A program made the position numbers and the translations under genes. From the NCBI GenBank assembly GCA_035625755.1, contig DASPOZ010000101.1, positions 1 to 38,942 of the forward strand: 38,942 nt of DNA. Direction: 5' to 3'. Positions 23,750-32,433 of this stretch are shown here, in pieces. Source of the DNA: Candidatus Sulfotelmatobacter sp. GTDB lineage: Bacteria; Methylomirabilota; Methylomirabilia; Methylomirabilales; DASPOZ01. Numbering within the stretch: position 1 is the first letter of the stretch; each line of letters begins with the position of its first letter. Below the pieces are notes generated by a model. It saw nothing but the letters and a program-made list of their open reading frames with translations, was not told the origin of the DNA and searched no databases.

Positions 23750-25321
23750 ATGACCACACGAGTTGAACGGGCGCTGCTCAGCGTCTCGAATAAGTCCGGG
23801 CTGGTGGACCTGGCGCAGGGCCTCGCCCGCCTGGGGGTGGCCCTCATCTCCACGGGGGGCACGGCCAAGGCCCTGCGGGACGCCGGGCTGGCCGTGACCG
23901 ACGTGAGCGCCGTCACCGGCTTCCCGGAGATGCTGGACGGACGGATCAAGACCCTGCACCCGAAGATCCACGGCGGGATCCTGGCCCGCTGGGAGGACCC
24001 CAATCACGCCCAGCAGTGCGCCCGCCACGGGATCGACCGCATCGACATCGTGGTGGTAAACCTCTACCCCTTCGAGGCCACGGTGGCCCGCCCCGGCGTC
24101 ACCCGGGCCGAGGCCATCGAACAGATTGACATCGGGGGGCCGGCCATGGTCCGGTCGGCGGCCAAGAACCACGCGCACGTGGCCGTGGTGGTGGACCCGG
24201 CGGACTATCCCGGGGTGCTGCGCGAACTGGAAGCGGGCGGCGGCGCGCTCTCCGACGCCACCCGCGCGCGGCTGGCCCAGAAGGCCTTCGCCCACACCGC
24301 GCGGTACGATGCGCTCATCGCCGAGTACCTGGCCCCCGGCGCCGGGGGGCCCGGCGGGCCGGCGGCGGGCACCTGGCCAGAGACCCTGGCCATCCGGCTG
24401 ACGCGGCTGCAGGGGCTCCGGTACGGCGAGAACCCGCACCAGTCTGCCGCCTTCTACCGGTGCGAGGGGGAGCCGCCCTACGGCCTGGCCGCGGCGGCGC
24501 AGCTCCAGGGCAAGGAACTTTCCTTCAACAACCTGGTGGACCTGCACGCCGCCTTCGAGTGCGCCCTGGAGTTCGAGGCGCCGGCGGCGGTGATCATCAA
24601 ACACACCAACCCGTGCGGCGTGGCCGTGGACGCCGCGCAGGCCGAGGCCTACCGTCGCGCCCGCGCCTGCGACCCGGTCTCCGCCTACGGCGGGGTGCTC
24701 GGCTTCAACCGGCCCCTGACGGCCGAGACGGCCCGCGAGATCGCCGGCACGTTCGTGGAGGCCGTGGCGGCTCCGGACTACGAGGCCGAGGCCCTGGCGG
24801 TGCTGCGGGACCGGAAGAACCTCCGCCTCCTGCGGGTGCCCCCGCCGCCGGACCCGCGCGCGCCCTACCGCGAGGTCCGCCGGGTCCGCGGGGGCCTCCT
24901 GGTGCAGGCCAGCGACGCGGCCGACCTGGACGAGGCCGCCCTCAAGGTGGTGACCGCGCGCGCGCCCAGCGACGCCGAGATGCGCGCCTTGCGCTTCGCC
25001 TGGCGGGTGGCCAAACACGTGAAGTCCAACGCCATCGTCCTGACCCGCGAGCGGGAGACCGTAGGGATCGGTGCAGGGCAGATGAGCCGGGTGGACTCCG
25101 TACGGATGGCCGTGATGAAGGCCCAGAGCCCCACCGCGGGCACCGTGATGGCCTCGGACGCCTTCTTCCCCTTCCCGGACGGGATCGAGACGGCCGCCGA
25201 GGCCGGCGTCACGGCGGTGATCCAGCCGGGCGGGTCGGTGCGGGACGCCGAGGTGATCGCCGCCGCGGACGCGCGCGGCATGGCCATGGTCACCACCGGC
25301 ATCCGCCACTTCCGGCACTGA
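23750..25321 (+). CDS. purH: Bifunctional AICAR transformylase / IMP cyclohydrolase
   Basis: ALLSVSNKSGL and KTLHPKIHGGIL. C-terminal AICARFT domain ends ...TTGIRHFRH. Confidence 0.92.
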   Translation: MTTRVERALLSVSNKSGLVDLAQGLARLGVALISTGGTAKALRDAGLAVTDVSAVTGFPEMLDGRIKTLHPKIHGGILARWEDPNHAQQCARHGIDRIDIVVVNLYPFEATVARPGVTRAEAIEQIDIGGPAMVRSAAKNHAHVAVVVDPADYPGVLRELEAGGGALSDATRARLAQKAFAHTARYDALIAEYLAPGAGGPGGPAAGTWPETLAIRLTRLQGLRYGENPHQSAAFYRCEGEPPYGLAAAAQLQGKELSFNNLVDLHAAFECALEFEAPAAVIIKHTNPCGVAVDAAQAEAYRRARACDPVSAYGGVLGFNRPLTAETAREIAGTFVEAVAAPDYEAEALAVLRDRKNLRLLRVPPPPDPRAPYREVRRVRGGLLVQASDAADLDEAALKVVTARAPSDAEMRALRFAWRVAKHVKSNAIVLTRERETVGIGAGQMSRVDSVRMAVMKAQSPTAGTVMASDAFFPFPDGIETAAEAGVTAVIQPGGSVRDAEVIAAADARGMAMVTTGIRHFRH

Positions 25322-25343
25322 GCGCAGCGCAAAGGCGTTCGAC

Positions 25344-25427
25344 CGTTCGACGGTGCGACGGCTCGCTCGCCCGCCGTGTCCCACCGAACGGTCGTACGAT
25401 CGTACGTTCGTACCGTCGAACGTTTTT
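25344..25427 (+). promoter_or_regulatory. Structured purH-purD intergenic element (11-bp stem + T5, internal 14-nt palindrome)
   Basis: CGTTCGACGGT (25344-54) pairs with ACCGTCGAACG (25412-22), followed by TTTTT. CGTACGATCGTACG at 25393-25406 is a perfect palindrome. Confidence 0.5.
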
Positions 25428-25439
25428 CAGGGAGCGTGC

Positions 25440-26720
25440 ATGAAGATCCTCGTGGTCGGCGGCGGCGGGCGCGAGCACGCCCTCGCCTGGAAGCTGAAGC
25501 AGAGCCCGGCGGTCACCAAGCTCTACGTGGCCCCGGGCAATGCCGGCATCGCCGAGCTGGCCGAGTGCGTGGACATCAGCGTGTCCGACGTCCGCCCCCT
25601 GGCCGACTTCGCCGAGCGGCACGCCATCGACCTCACGGTGGTGGGGCCGGAGCTGCCGCTGACCATGGGCATCGTGGACGAGTTCGGGCGGCGGGGCCTC
25701 CGGATCTTCGGGCCGGGCCGCGAGGCGGCGGCCCTGGAGGGCAGCAAGGTCTTCGCCAAGCGCTTCATGAAGCGGCACGGCATCCCCACCGGCTTCCACC
25801 AGGAGTTCGACCGCCCAGAGGACGCCCGCCGCTACATCCGCGAGGTGGGAGCGCCCATCGTGGTGAAGGCGGACGGGCTGGCCGCGGGCAAGGGCGCCAT
25901 CGTCTGCCGCACGGTGGAGGAGGCACTGGACGCGCTGGCGCTGATCATGGAGGCCCGCGCCTTCGGGGACGCCGGCAACCAGATCGTGGTGGAGGAATTC
26001 CTCCAGGGCGAGGAGGCGTCTTTCCTGGCGGTGACCGACGGCACCACCGTGCTCCCCCTGCCCTCGGCGCAGGACCACAAGGCCGCCTTCGACGACGACC
26101 GGGGGCCCAACACCGGCGGCATGGGGGCCTACTCCCCCGCCCCGGTGGTCACCGAGGCGGTCCACCGAAAGGTCATGGAGCGGATCATGGTGCCCACCGT
26201 GAAAGGCATGGCCGCCGAGGGGCACCCCTACCGCGGCGTCCTCTATGCGGGCCTGATGATCCACAACGGCGAGCCCCGCGTCCTGGAGTTCAACGCCCGC
26301 CTGGGCGATCCCGAGGCCCAGCCCCTGCTCGTCCGCATGGCGTCCGACCTGGTGACCGTCCTCGAGGCGGCCATCGCGGGACGCCTGCACGAGGTGGAGA
26401 TCGCCTGGCGCCCGGAGCCCGCCGTCTGCGTGGTGCTGGCCGCGGGCGGGTACCCGGGACCCTACGAGAAGGGGAAGCCCATCACGGGGCTGCGGGCTGC
26501 GGCCCGCCTGAAGGACGTGGCCGTCTTTCACGCCGGGACGGCCCTGCAGCAGGCCCGGGTGGTGACGGCCGGCGGCCGCGTCCTGGGGGTGACGGCCCTG
26601 GGGAACCCCCTCCGCACCGCCATCGATCGGGCCTACCGGGCCGTGCGCAAGATCCACTGGGAAGGCATGCACTTCCGGACGGACATCGGACGCAAGGCCC
26701 TGGAGCGGGGGGCCGCATGA
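25440..26720 (+). CDS. purD: Phosphoribosylamine-glycine ligase
   Basis: MKILVVGGGGREHALAWKL with AGGGAG upstream. ATP-grasp core. Confidence 0.92.
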   Translation: MKILVVGGGGREHALAWKLKQSPAVTKLYVAPGNAGIAELAECVDISVSDVRPLADFAERHAIDLTVVGPELPLTMGIVDEFGRRGLRIFGPGREAAALEGSKVFAKRFMKRHGIPTGFHQEFDRPEDARRYIREVGAPIVVKADGLAAGKGAIVCRTVEEALDALALIMEARAFGDAGNQIVVEEFLQGEEASFLAVTDGTTVLPLPSAQDHKAAFDDDRGPNTGGMGAYSPAPVVTEAVHRKVMERIMVPTVKGMAAEGHPYRGVLYAGLMIHNGEPRVLEFNARLGDPEAQPLLVRMASDLVTVLEAAIAGRLHEVEIAWRPEPAVCVVLAAGGYPGPYEKGKPITGLRAAARLKDVAVFHAGTALQQARVVTAGGRVLGVTALGNPLRTAIDRAYRAVRKIHWEGMHFRTDIGRKALERGAA

Positions 26721-27253
26721 CGAGGAAACCGCAGGTGGGGATCGTGATGGGGTCCGACTCGGACCTGGAGGTGATGCGGGAGGCAGCCGTGGCGCTGGAG
26801 GGATTCGGCATCCCCCACGAGGTGCGCGTCTGCTCGGCGCACCGCTCGCCCCGGCTCGCGTTGCGCTACGCGCGGGATGCGGAGGCGCGCGGCCTCAAGG
26901 TCCTCATCGCCGGCGCCGGGTGGGCGGCCCACCTGGCGGGCGTCCTGGCGGCCGCCACCACGCTGCCCGTGATCGGGGTGCCCATCGAGTCCAGCCCGCT
27001 GCGGGGCCTGGACGCCCTGCTCTCCACGGCGCAGATGCCGGGCGGGGTCCCGGTGGCCACCATGTCCCTGGGGCGGGCGGGGGCGCGCAACGCGGGCGTC
27101 CTGGCGGCCCAGATCCTGGCCACGGCCGATGGGGATCTGCGGGCCCGGCTCCGCGCCTATAAGGCCCGCCTCGCCGCCGAGGTCGCCGCCCGGGACCGGC
27201 GGGTGCGCGCCGGTGTGTCCCCCCGCCGCGGGCGAGCCCGCGCGAAGGCCTAG
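26717..27253 (+). CDS. purE: N5-carboxyaminoimidazole ribonucleotide mutase
   Basis: ATGA overlap with the purD stop. VGIVMGSDSD and AGWAAHLAGV. The stop TAG at 27251-53 is the first triplet of repeat copy 5. Confidence 0.9.
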   Translation: MTRKPQVGIVMGSDSDLEVMREAAVALEGFGIPHEVRVCSAHRSPRLALRYARDAEARGLKVLIAGAGWAAHLAGVLAAATTLPVIGVPIESSPLRGLDALLSTAQMPGGVPVATMSLGRAGARNAGVLAAQILATADGDLRARLRAYKARLAAEVAARDRRVRAGVSPRRGRARAKA

Positions 27254-27441
27254 CAGGTTGGTCGAAAACACGCTCTTGCCCAGGCTGCTCAAAACGGCCC
27301 AGGTGCAGGGCGGCGCGCGATGCGCCGACTGAGGCGTACGTCGGTTACGTCCCGGGGAGTGCGCGAGCGCGCCAACGCCGCACCCGCTGCCGCCCTGACG
27401 GCAGAGGGAAGAGATGCCGGGGCATTTTCAGCAGCCTGCTA
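27251..27441 (+). repeat. Palindromic repeat, copy 5 (long form)
   Basis: TAG-CAGGTTGGTCGAAAACAC-GCTCTTGCC-CAGGCTGCTCAAAACGGCCCAGGTGCAGGGCGGCGCGCGATGCG...GCGCGAGCGCGCCAACGCC...CTGCCGCCCTGACGGCAG...GGGGCATTTTCAGCAGCCTG-CTA. Confidence 0.9.
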
Positions 27442-27451
27442 GCGGCCGGGC

Positions 27452-29077
27452 GTGATCCCCTACCGCATCATGACCCTCGGCCTGGTGGGGGCCATCACCC
27501 TCTTCCGCCTCTGGTTCCTCACCACCGGCGCCTGGGAACTGAGCCCCGAGGAGGCCCAGTACTGGGACTGGTCGCGCCACCTGGACTGGAGCTACTACAG
27601 CAAGGGCCCCGGCATCGCGTACCTCATCGCCCTGGCCACGCGGCTCGGGGGGGATTCGGTGCTGGCCATCCGCCTGCCCGCCCTCCTGGCGGGCGCCCTG
27701 CTCGCCCTCCTGGCCTCCCGCCTGGCCAGGGAAACCACCGGGAGCGACCGAGCCGCCTTCTGGTCCGTGGTCCTCCTCACGGCCATGCCGCTGTACGGCG
27801 CGGGGGGCCTGCTGATGACCACGGATGCGCCCCTGCTGGTCTGCTGGGCCGCCGCCGTGTACGCGGTCTGGCGGGCGGCCGCCGGGGCGCCCGGCAGCGC
27901 CTGGTGGCACGCCGCCGGCGCCGCCCTCGCGGCGGGCCTCCTCATCAAGTACACGATCCTCCTTCTGGCGGGGTGTCTCGCCGGGTTCCTCTTCACGCAC
28001 CCCCGGCGCCACGTCCTCCTGCGCGGACGCGGCCCGTGGATCGTGGCGGCGTGGGGCGTGCTCGGCGCGGCCCCCATCCTGTACTGGAACTGGCGGCACG
28101 ACTGGGTGTCCTTCCGGCACGTGGTGGGCCAGGCCACGGGCGGCGCCGCCCTCTGGTGGCAGACCTTGGGGGAGTACCTGGGCGTGCAGGCGGCCGTGGT
28201 CTCGCCCCTGCTCTTCGCCGCCCTGGTGGCCGGCATCGCCTCCGCGGGCGGGCGGGGCCTGCGTGAGCGCCAGCCCGCCGCGCTCCTCCTGTTCTGGACG
28301 TCGGGCCCCGTGCTGCTCTTCTTCTTGTTCTGGAGCCTGGGGGCCAAGATCCAGGGGAACTGGCCCGCGCCCGCCTACCTCACGGCCGCGGTCGCCGCTG
28401 CGGCGTGGGCCGCGGAGCGGCTGCAAGAGCGGCAGCGGCGGGCCGGGCGCCGGCAAAAGGCCTTGCTGCTCTTCGGCGCGGCCTCTATAATCCTCGGCAT
28501 CGCCGTGCAGGCCGGCGCCATGTGGCCGCGGCCGGTGCATGCGCTGGGCGCATCCCTCAGCCGTCTGGGCCAACGGGCGGGCCCCGGCGCGGCCGGCCGG
28601 CTCCTGCGCCGCGGCGGGCAGCTCCTGGCCGAAGGGCTGGATCCCTGCAAGCGGCTCTGCGGGTGGCGCCAGTTGGCCGCCCGTGTGAGCGCCACGCAGG
28701 CGGCCATCCCGGGCGGGCCCCCGCAGGGCACCCGCGAGGCCGCTCCGCCCTTCATCGTCAGCGACCGGTACCAACTCGCCAGCCTCCTGGCGTTCTACGT
28801 GGAGGGACAGCCCCGGACCTACACGGCGGACCTGGGCGGCCGCTTCAGCCAGTACGACATCTGGGGCGGCCTGGACGGGCAGCGCGGCCGGAACGGGATC
28901 TTCGTGACCTACGGGTACCAACCGCTCCCGCACGAGGTGGAGCGCGCCTTCCGGCGCGTGGAGCTGGAACCCCGGGTGGTAGTGATGGATGACGGCCGGC
29001 TCCTGCACGGTTTCTTCATCGTGCGCGGGTACGATTTCCTGGGCTTCCCGCCCCCCCCCGCGCCGCCGCGCTACTGA
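27452..29077 (+). CDS. GT39-family (ArnT/PMT-like) membrane glycosyltransferase
   Basis: Multi-TM N-terminal half (YYSKGPGIAYLIA, TTDAPLL) and soluble C-terminal domain. GTG 27452, or ATG 27470 as an alternative. Confidence 0.75.
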   Translation: MIPYRIMTLGLVGAITLFRLWFLTTGAWELSPEEAQYWDWSRHLDWSYYSKGPGIAYLIALATRLGGDSVLAIRLPALLAGALLALLASRLARETTGSDRAAFWSVVLLTAMPLYGAGGLLMTTDAPLLVCWAAAVYAVWRAAAGAPGSAWWHAAGAALAAGLLIKYTILLLAGCLAGFLFTHPRRHVLLRGRGPWIVAAWGVLGAAPILYWNWRHDWVSFRHVVGQATGGAALWWQTLGEYLGVQAAVVSPLLFAALVAGIASAGGRGLRERQPAALLLFWTSGPVLLFFLFWSLGAKIQGNWPAPAYLTAAVAAAAWAAERLQERQRRAGRRQKALLLFGAASIILGIAVQAGAMWPRPVHALGASLSRLGQRAGPGAAGRLLRRGGQLLAEGLDPCKRLCGWRQLAARVSATQAAIPGGPPQGTREAAPPFIVSDRYQLASLLAFYVEGQPRTYTADLGGRFSQYDIWGGLDGQRGRNGIFVTYGYQPLPHEVERAFRRVELEPRVVVMDDGRLLHGFFIVRGYDFLGFPPPPAPPRY

Positions 29078-29080
29078 GGG

Positions 29081-29236
29081 ATTTTCGATTGTCGATTTTC
29101 GATTGCCGATTGTGGATGGGGACAGCGCACCGATGCTGGAACCGGTATCGGACAGTGGCGACTGCCGCTACGCCCGCGTCACCCGAAAACACGTCGGCCA
29201 GATCGACAATCGAAAATCGTCGATCGGCAATCGGCA
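29081..29236. repeat. Intergenic block flanked by oppositely oriented arrays of TTTTCGATTG / CCGATTG motifs
   Basis: TTTTCGATTG at 29082-91 and 29096-105, and CCGATTG at 29106-12. The reverse complements CAATCGAAAA (29207-16) and CAATCGG (within 29224-35) lie just before the GT2 ATG. Confidence 0.7.
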
Positions 29237-30205
29237 ATGAGTGAGGCGCTTCCGCTTTCGGTGGTCATCCCCGTCTTCAACGAAGAGGAGACGGTGCCCC
29301 ACCTCTATGGCGAGGTGCGGGCGGCCCTGGACAAGCTGGGCACCCCCTACGAGGTCCTGGTGGTGGATGATGGCTCCACCGATGGGAGCCTGCCCCGGCT
29401 GCTGGCCTGCACCAAGGAGGACCCGCGCTGGCGGGTGATCGCCCTGCGGCGCAACTTCGGCCAGACGGCGGCCCTGGCCGCCGGCTTCGATTACGCGCAG
29501 GGCGACGTGATCGTGACCCTGGACGGCGACCTCCAGAACGACCCGGAGGACATCGGCAAGCTCCTGGCCCAGGCCAAGGACCACGATGTGGTCAGCGGGT
29601 GGCGCCATCCCCGGCACGACCCCTTCCTCTCCCGGCGGCTCCCCTCGCTGCTGGCCAACGGACTGATCTCGAAGGTGACGGGCGTCCGCCTGCACGACTA
29701 CGGCTGCACCCTGAAGGCCTACCGGCGCGAGGTGATCCGCCACCTGCGCCTCTACGGCGAGATGCATCGCTTCATCCCGGCCATCGCCAGCTGGATGGGC
29801 ATCTCCCTCGCCGAGGTGCAGACCAACCACCGCCCTCGGCGCTTCGGGCGTTCCAAGTACGGCATCCTCAGGACGTTGCGCGTGTTCCTGGACCTCATCA
29901 CGGTGAAGTTCCTCCTCAGCTTCTGGACGAAGCCGATCCAGGTCTTCGGCCTCGCGGGCCTGGTGATGACCGGGGCCGGGGGCGCCATCACCGCCTACCT
30001 GGCCGTCCTCAAGCTGGCCGCCGGCGCCGAGATCGGGGGCCGGCCGCTCCTCCTGCTGGGGGTCCTCCTGCTGCTCTTGGGGGTGCACGCCATCGGGATG
30101 GGGCTCCTGGGGGAGATGCTGGCCCGCGTGTACCATGAATCGCAGGGCAAGCCCATCTACATGGTGAAGCACGTCCTGTGGAAGGGCGAGCCATCGGACC
30201 GGTAG
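29237..30205 (+). CDS. GT2-family polyprenyl-phosphate glycosyltransferase (ArnC/GtrB/DPM1-like)
   Basis: VVIPVFNEEETV, VVDDGSTDGS and LDGDLQND. Two C-terminal TM helices. Confidence 0.88.
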   Translation: MSEALPLSVVIPVFNEEETVPHLYGEVRAALDKLGTPYEVLVVDDGSTDGSLPRLLACTKEDPRWRVIALRRNFGQTAALAAGFDYAQGDVIVTLDGDLQNDPEDIGKLLAQAKDHDVVSGWRHPRHDPFLSRRLPSLLANGLISKVTGVRLHDYGCTLKAYRREVIRHLRLYGEMHRFIPAIASWMGISLAEVQTNHRPRRFGRSKYGILRTLRVFLDLITVKFLLSFWTKPIQVFGLAGLVMTGAGGAITAYLAVLKLAAGAEIGGRPLLLLGVLLLLLGVHAIGMGLLGEMLARVYHESQGKPIYMVKHVLWKGEPSDR

Positions 30206-31245
30206 GCGGGCCGCCGCGCGCGCCGCTCCCGGCCGCACCCTCCTCCCCCCCGCCGCCGGCCGCCGGGGGACGCGGCGCGTGGGGGCTGGTCCTCAAGGCG
30301 GGGGTGAGCGTCGCCCTCCTCGCCCTGCTCTTCTCCCGCGTCGATCGCGCCCAATTGGCCGCCGCCCTGCGCGGCGCCTCCCTGCCGCTCATCCTGTTGT
30401 GCCTTCCCCTCTACGCGGTGGGGCAGACCCTCAGTACGTGGCGCTGGCAGATCCTGCTGGGCGCCGAGGGGATCCGCGTCCCGCTCCGGCGGCTGCTGGC
30501 GCTCTATCTGGAGGGGATGTTCTTCAACCTGTGCCTGCCCACGGCCGTGGGGGGGGACGTGGTGCGGGGCTACCGGATCTGGCACCTCAGCCGGGCCGGC
30601 GAGGGGGCGGTAGCCTCCATCCTGGTGGAGCGTGTGACCGGGTTCGTGGCCATGATCGGCATCGCCGTAGTGGCCACCGCCGCGGCCTTCAGGTCTGGAA
30701 CGCTGGGGGACCCCCGCATCGGCCTCTTCGTGGCCGCGGTGGCTGCTGCGCTGGCCGCGGCCGTCGTGCTGATCAGCAGCCCGTGGGCGCTGGGCCTGGC
30801 GGAGCGCCTGGCGGGCCGGCGGGCGGCCGGCGGGATCTTCCAGGCGGTACGCCGCTTCGGGGAGGCGGTGCAACGCTACCGCGGCCACCGGGCCGCGGTG
30901 GGGGCGGCCCTCGGTATCTCCCTGGCCTTCCAGATGCTCCTCATCTTCCTAGTGTTCCTCGTGGCGGTGGCCTTGCATCTGCCGGTCACCTTCGGCCAGT
31001 TCCTGATTTTCATCCCGATCCTGAACGTCCTATCCATGCTCCCCATCTCGTTGGGAGGGCTGGGGGTACGTGAAGGGGGTGCCGTGATCCTCCTGGGCAA
31101 GGTAGGCGTGGACCCGGCGGGGGCGCTCACGCTCTCGCTCCTCTGGTTCGCGATCGTGGCCGTTGCCAGCCTCCCCGGCGGCATCATCTTCCTCTGGGGC
31201 GGGCACCGGGCCAAGGCCCGGCCCGCGGCGGTGGTTGCGGAATGA
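30178..31245 (+). CDS. UPF0104 / lysylphosphatidylglycerol-synthase-TM-region (flippase-like) membrane protein
   Basis: ...FNLCLPTAVGGDVVRGYRI... signature with about 8 TM segments. The start is uncertain: GTG 30178 overlaps the GT2 gene by 28 nt and there is no in-frame ATG. Confidence 0.7.
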   Translation: MEGRAIGPVGGPPRAPLPAAPSSPPPPAAGGRGAWGLVLKAGVSVALLALLFSRVDRAQLAAALRGASLPLILLCLPLYAVGQTLSTWRWQILLGAEGIRVPLRRLLALYLEGMFFNLCLPTAVGGDVVRGYRIWHLSRAGEGAVASILVERVTGFVAMIGIAVVATAAAFRSGTLGDPRIGLFVAAVAAALAAAVVLISSPWALGLAERLAGRRAAGGIFQAVRRFGEAVQRYRGHRAAVGAALGISLAFQMLLIFLVFLVAVALHLPVTFGQFLIFIPILNVLSMLPISLGGLGVREGGAVILLGKVGVDPAGALTLSLLWFAIVAVASLPGGIIFLWGGHRAKARPAAVVAE

Positions 31246-31258
31246 ACCACCGAGACCC

Positions 31259-31416
31259 TAACAGGCCGCTGAGAAGGCCCATCTGCGGCGTTGGCGCGCT
31301 CGCGCGACGCTGCGACGTACGACCCCAGTACGCCTCGCGCCTCGCATCGCGCGCCGCCTTGCATTTGGACCTTTTTGAGCAGCCTGGGCCGAAACCAGTT
31401 TTTCAGTATCCTGCTA
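31259..31416 (-). repeat. Palindromic repeat, copy 6 (short form, reverse orientation)
   Basis: TAA-CAGGCCGCTGAGAAGGCCCATCTGCGGCGTTGGCGCGCTCGCGC...GCCTTGCATTTGGACCTTTTTGAGCAGCCTGGGCC..TTTTTCAGTATCCTG-CTA. Confidence 0.9.
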
Positions 31417-31666
31417 AGGACCTATCCCAAAACCCTTCAGTGACCCGTGACGGGGGCCAGCCCCGGCCCCGTCCTCGGCGCTCCGCGGGCCCATCATCTC
31501 CTGCTGGAGGGCCTTCCCCAGCAGGCTGGGGCCCCGGCGCAATCGGATGGGCACAACCGTCGCGCGCCCGCGCGCGGCGGGACGCGATGGGCTCACGCCT
31601 GCAGGCGGCACCAGGGCATGACCCCCTAAGCGCTCGGAGGTCGAGGTTTTGGGATAGGCCCTAAGG
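31414..31666. mobile_element. Candidate second MITE: 14-bp perfect terminal inverted repeats flanked by a CTAAGG direct repeat
   Basis: CTAAGG-A-CCTATCCCAAAACC (31421-34) ... GGTTTTGGGATAGG (31645-58)-CC-CTAAGG (31661-66). The ~210 bp interior is non-coding with internal hairpin CCTGCTGG..CCAGCAGG. Single copy in this window. Confidence 0.5.
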
Positions 31667-31722
31667 CCATCGGGGAAATCCGAATCGCACCGGGTGCCCG
31701 TCGTATCTGATGTGGATGGCGG

Positions 31723-32313
31723 ATGGCGGATCGTTTGATCGGGTGGGACCGGTGGCTCTTCGAGGCGGTGAATCACGGCCACCGGAACGCGGTGTTCGAT
31801 GCGGTCATGCCGGCGCTGGAGCGGAAGGCCACCCTCTTGCTCGCCGCGGTCCTGGCCGGCGCCGCCCTGTTGGTGTGGGGTGGGGCGAAGGGACGGTGGA
31901 CGGCCGCGACGGCGGTCCTGGCGATCCTGCTGGCGGATCAGGCGGCGGGTTGGGTGAAGTTCCTGGTGGCCCGGCCACGGCCCTGCCACGTGCTGCCCGC
32001 GGTGACCTTGCTCAACACCGGCTGCACGGGTTCGTACGCCTTCCCCTCCAACCACGCCACGAACCTCTTCGCGCTGGCGGTGGTGGTCGGGGGCCTGTAT
32101 CCGCGATGGGCCTGGGCTTTCGTGCCATTCGCGGCCGCCGTCTCCTACGCCCGCGTCTACGGCGGGGCTCATTACCCGGGTGACGTGCTGGGCGGCGCGG
32201 TCTTGGGAGCGGCGCTGGGCGCGCTGGCCCTGGCCGGCACGCAGGCGATCCGGCGCGCGCTGGGGCGGGCGCCTCGGGCGGGCGGCGCGACGTCCCCCAC
32301 CCGCGACCCCTGA
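31723..32313 (+). CDS. PAP2-family lipid phosphatase
   Basis: KFLVARPRP, PSNH and SYARVYGGAHYPGD (three PAP2 motifs). Several TM helices. Confidence 0.88.
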   Translation: MADRLIGWDRWLFEAVNHGHRNAVFDAVMPALERKATLLLAAVLAGAALLVWGGAKGRWTAATAVLAILLADQAAGWVKFLVARPRPCHVLPAVTLLNTGCTGSYAFPSNHATNLFALAVVVGGLYPRWAWAFVPFAAAVSYARVYGGAHYPGDVLGGAVLGAALGALALAGTQAIRRALGRAPRAGGATSPTRDP

Positions 32314-32326
32314 GGGCGCCCGCCGA

Positions 32327-32356
32327 TTGGACCCGCCGCCCCGAACGCAGTATAGT
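32327..32356 (+). promoter_or_regulatory. Possible promoter TTGGAC-18-TATAGT upstream of selD
   Basis: Read directly from the sequence. It would place repeat copy 7 inside the selD 5' UTR. Confidence 0.35.
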
Positions 32357-32433
32357 AGCGGTAGAATCACATCGCACGGCAGCAGCTTCGCCGACCACCG
32401 ACCCGCCGCACCGCGGGACTGCGCCCGGGCACC

